Both the position numbers and the translations under genes were made by a program. This document shows positions 14,847-17,441 of a DNA stretch of 17,441 nucleotides, piece after piece. A model generated the notes under the pieces. It ran no database searches and was not told where the DNA came from. It worked only from the letters and a program-made list of their open reading frames with translations. Location: positions 1-17,441 of the forward strand of contig JAWOHE010000066.1 of NCBI GenBank assembly GCA_046485285.1, in the 5' to 3' direction. Source of the stretch: a bacterium (GTDB taxonomy: Bacteria > Hydrothermota > Tepidihabitantia > Tepidihabitantales > Tepidihabitantaceae). Within the stretch, counting starts at the first letter, position 1. The number at the start of each line of letters is the position of its first letter.

Positions 14847-15421
14847 ACCTGCTCGTCTGCGGCGTCGGTGGGCAGGGCGTGCTGTTGTTCTCGGACCTGC
14901 TCGGCAGCGTCGCGCTGTCGGCCGGGCTCGACGTCAAGAAGAGCGAGGTCCACGGGATGGCCCAGCGCGGCGGCAGTGTCAGCACCCACGTCCGCTACGG
15001 CCGGAAGGTCTACTCGCCGCTCATCGAGGAGGGCACGGCCGACATGGTCGTCGCGTTCGAGCGCCTCGAGGCCCTGCGCTACAGTCACTTCCTCGCCCGG
15101 AACGGCCGGCTGGTCTACGACGAGTACCGCCTCGACCCCCTGCCGGTCCAGTCCGGGCTCGTCGAGCGGCCCGACGACGCCTCGCTCGACGAGCGCATCG
15201 CCGCGCGGGTTCGCCGGCACGTCGCCGTGTCGGCGTTCGCCACCGCGGTCCGGCTCGGCAACGCGCGGGTCCAGAACGTCGTGATGCTCGGCGCGGTCTC
15301 GCGCTTCCTCGAGTTCCCGGTCGAGAGCTTCCGCGACGCCATCCGCCAGACCGTCAAGCCCGCGCTCGTCGAGCTCAACATCGCCGCGCTCGCCGAGGGC
15401 CGCCGGCTGACCGGCAAGTAG
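14843..15421 (+). CDS. iorB: Indolepyruvate:ferredoxin oxidoreductase beta subunit
   Basis: GVGGQG, SEVHGMAQRGGSV..HVRYG..VYSPLI, FERLEALR, NVVMLGA; GTG start overlapping iorA stop (GTGA). Confidence 0.95.
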   Translation: MNLLVCGVGGQGVLLFSDLLGSVALSAGLDVKKSEVHGMAQRGGSVSTHVRYGRKVYSPLIEEGTADMVVAFERLEALRYSHFLARNGRLVYDEYRLDPLPVQSGLVERPDDASLDERIAARVRRHVAVSAFATAVRLGNARVQNVVMLGAVSRFLEFPVESFRDAIRQTVKPALVELNIAALAEGRRLTGK

Positions 15422-15610
15422 CCTCACTCCGCCTGCTCCTTCAGCCCGCTCACCGGCACCGGCCACTGCGCCTCCAGGACCGGCCGGAGTGGCGGCGCAG
15501 GGGGCAGGATACCGGCGAATCCAGCCGGCAGGTGCTGGTTGAGTAGGCGGGTTCCTTCCCCGGGCGGTCCGGGGCCGGGAGGGTGCGGCCGGGCAGGTGC
15601 GTCTGTCATC

Positions 15611-15639
15611 TTGACGGATGGGCGAGGGGGTGCTACACT
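15611..15639 (+). promoter_or_regulatory. sigma70-type promoter of Kelch/FN3 gene, followed by ~110-nt leader
   Basis: TTGACG (15611-16), 17 bp, extended -10 TGc-TACACT (15631-39); SD AAGGAGG before ATG 15756. Confidence 0.7.
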
Positions 15640-15755
15640 CAGCCTGTCCGCAGGTATGACGCCGGCACCGCCGCGAGAGCGCGGAAGGAAGCCGGCACGA
15701 TGGGTGCCCATCGGCGCTGGAGTCGGTAAGGGACCGTGGTGCGAAGGAGGCACAA

Positions 15756-17251
15756 ATGCACCAACACAAGAGACAGTCCGCCCCCCCCCTAGTCCTGTTG
15801 CTCGCCCTCGCGGCCCTGACGGTGATGGCCTTCGGTGAGTGGGTGCCGCTTGCCCCAGTCGGCGGTGAGGACGAATGGGAGGCAGGTCCGGGTGGCTGCA
15901 TGGCTCGCGGGCGTGGTCACTGTTTCGTAGCGGTCGGTGATTACTCCGACGTATTCTATGCCTACGACGAGGCAAACGGGCTCTGGATGGAGTTCGGTGA
16001 AGACAGTGAGGGAATTCCTCCAGTCATCGAACAGGCCGGGGCAATGGCATATGAACGCGGCAGCGGGCAGCGGTTGTTCGTTGTAACCGATGACCCCTAC
16101 TGCCAAGAGGTCAGTGTCTACACATTCCGCTATCCCTGGGGTCTGGAGGGAGATTGGCCCAACCCGAACAGCCAGGTGGCGCCCATACCTCTTCCGGAGG
16201 AGGTCGGTAAGGGTTGTGCGCTTGCCTTTCGGCCGTTCAGTAGCCCTCAGACTTTGCTGAGCGGCTATCTCTACCTGCTGGTCGGCAACATCACGCCGCG
16301 TCTCTGGCGGCGACCGTTCGATCAACTTGACTGGGCACCGGATGGATTCTCGCCGCCGGATGGAGGCGAAGTCCCGTCACGGGGTTTTCATCTGGACTGG
16401 GAGCCTCTGGTCGCTGCTCGGGGCTACCACCTGCAGGTGGCCGGCGAACCCGACTTTCGCGCACCGCTGCTGGATGTCCGGACTGGCGCTGCCGAGTACC
16501 GTCCCGATCGCGGTCGGTTGCCTGAGGGCATAACCCTGTACTGGCGCACGCGGGCCACGCGGGCGCGCGGTGACGGTATCTGGAGTCCAGTGTCCAGCTT
16601 CCGGTTGGCCGGAGAGTCGCGATCGCCGGCGGCGCACCGGTCCCGGCTGACGGCACGACCACGGCCGGTGACTGGGTTGTGTTCGACTGGTCCGCGCAGG
16701 AAGAAGCCCGGGCCTACCAGCTCCAAGTCATTGACAGTGGTACCAGACTCCCGGTATTGGACACGATAGTGCCCGCCAGTGAGTTCGCGGCCTCTGCTCC
16801 GTTGCCGCGCGGGAGCTACATCTGGCGGACGCGGTGGCAGCACGTTGCCGGAGACTGGTGCGAGTGGGATACGCCAACCGGACTGCTATCCCTCCTCGGT
16901 TGGGAGGCCCTGGAGGACCTGCCCGCGGCGGTGTATGAAGGCGGGGCAATGTGCTACACGAGGTCCTCTCCCGCCAACGCGGAGAGCCTCTTCGTGCTGG
17001 TCGGCAACAACAGCCGAGACTTCTTGCAGTACAATGTCAACTCCGACACCTGGATCCATCTCCCGCAGACCCCCTGGATACAGCAGGGTGGAGTGTCGAT
17101 ATCACCGCGTTCCTGGGTGGCCGGTCCCTCCCGCGGCCCTCGACCCTATGCCCTTTCCGGCCTGGTGGAGGAGAATGACGAGGAGCATGGTCTCTGGCGG
17201 TATCGCTATGACCTAGTTGAGTGGATTCGGCAGCGTGGCTACCCGGATGGA
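15756..17251 (+). pseudogene. Secreted Kelch-like beta-propeller / tandem FN3-like protein, frameshifted near 16610-16630 and interrupted by IS256-family element
   Basis: Signal peptide; Kelch-like blades (GGCMA...VGDYSDVFYAYD...W; GGAMCY...LVGNNSRDFLQYNVNSDTW); two FN3-like units (P.DG...DW...Y.LQV...YWRTR...W) split across ORFs 15756-16769 and 16679-17419 in different frames. Confidence 0.75.
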
Positions 17252-17441
17252 GAGCATGTCCCCCGTTCAGTTGAAAATGCGAGCGGCTCCCTACTCACTC
17301 TACGCGACCTTTTCCGTGCCGTCAACCGCGCCGCCGCCGATGCGGTCGAGCGCGGACAGCAGCGCGCCGATGTGCCGGTAGCCGGCCACACGCCGGAAGT
17401 GCTGCTCGGCGTGCAGTAGCCCGGCCGCACACCAGCGCCAC
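17252..17441 (-). mobile_element. Right end of an IS256-family insertion sequence (partial)
   Basis: Candidate terminal IR GAGCATGTCCCCCGTTCAGTTGAAAAT from ~17252 (boundary +/-2), ~48 bp past the transposase stop. Confidence 0.78.
17300..17440 (-). CDS. IS256-family transposase, C-terminal 46 aa (partial)
   Basis: Not in ORF track. WRWCAAGLLHAEQHFRRVAGYRHIGALLSALDRIGGGAVDGTEKVA* fits the IS256 C-terminal 'RW.AAGLL.AE..FRR+.GY' pattern. Confidence 0.85.
   Translation of the reverse strand, partial: WRWCAAGLLHAEQHFRRVAGYRHIGALLSALDRIGGGAVDGTEKVA

Noticed and set aside
15424..15609. Small minus-strand ORF ending ...VLEAQWPVPVSGLKEQAE convergent with iorB
   Set aside because: The last ~20 codons look coding-like and could be a remnant, but the rest is Pro-rich with no SD, promoter or recognisable family.
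16607..16630. Programmed -1 ribosomal frameshift in the Kelch/FN3 gene
   Set aside because: No slippery heptamer; the co-occurring IS insertion makes decay or sequencing error more parsimonious.

Overview
A 17.4 kb GC-rich bacterial window. It probably comes from an anaerobic amino-acid fermenter. A candidate-phylum WOR-3-like origin is inferred from a characteristic C-terminal secretion-tail motif and a Kelch/FN3 surface protein; this is recognition from memory, not a search result. The core holds two 2-oxoacid:ferredoxin oxidoreductase operons: a P-loop NTPase plus four VOR-type subunits, and a divergent butyrate-kinase homolog plus iorAB. It also holds plsY-gpsA-merR, a membrane protein/lipoprotein pair, and apgM followed by a stand-alone PurH IMP-cyclohydrolase domain. 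The left accessory region has the start of an HTH gene, a SAM methyltransferase, a CE4-like protein and an ~830 bp non-coding patchwork (orphan secretion-tail remnant, palindromes, a 7-nt periodic purine tract, a REP-like unit). The right accessory region has a secreted Kelch/FN3 gene broken by a frameshift and by an IS256-family insertion that the ORF track misses. Sigma70-like promoters are unusually clear: most have 16-bp spacers and several appear to drive leaderless mRNAs. No rRNA, tRNA or CRISPR array was seen. No single novel system is demonstrable from sequence alone. The best leads are the divergent kinase coupled to IorAB, the promoter/leaderless architecture, the NTPase in the VOR operon and the non-coding patchwork.
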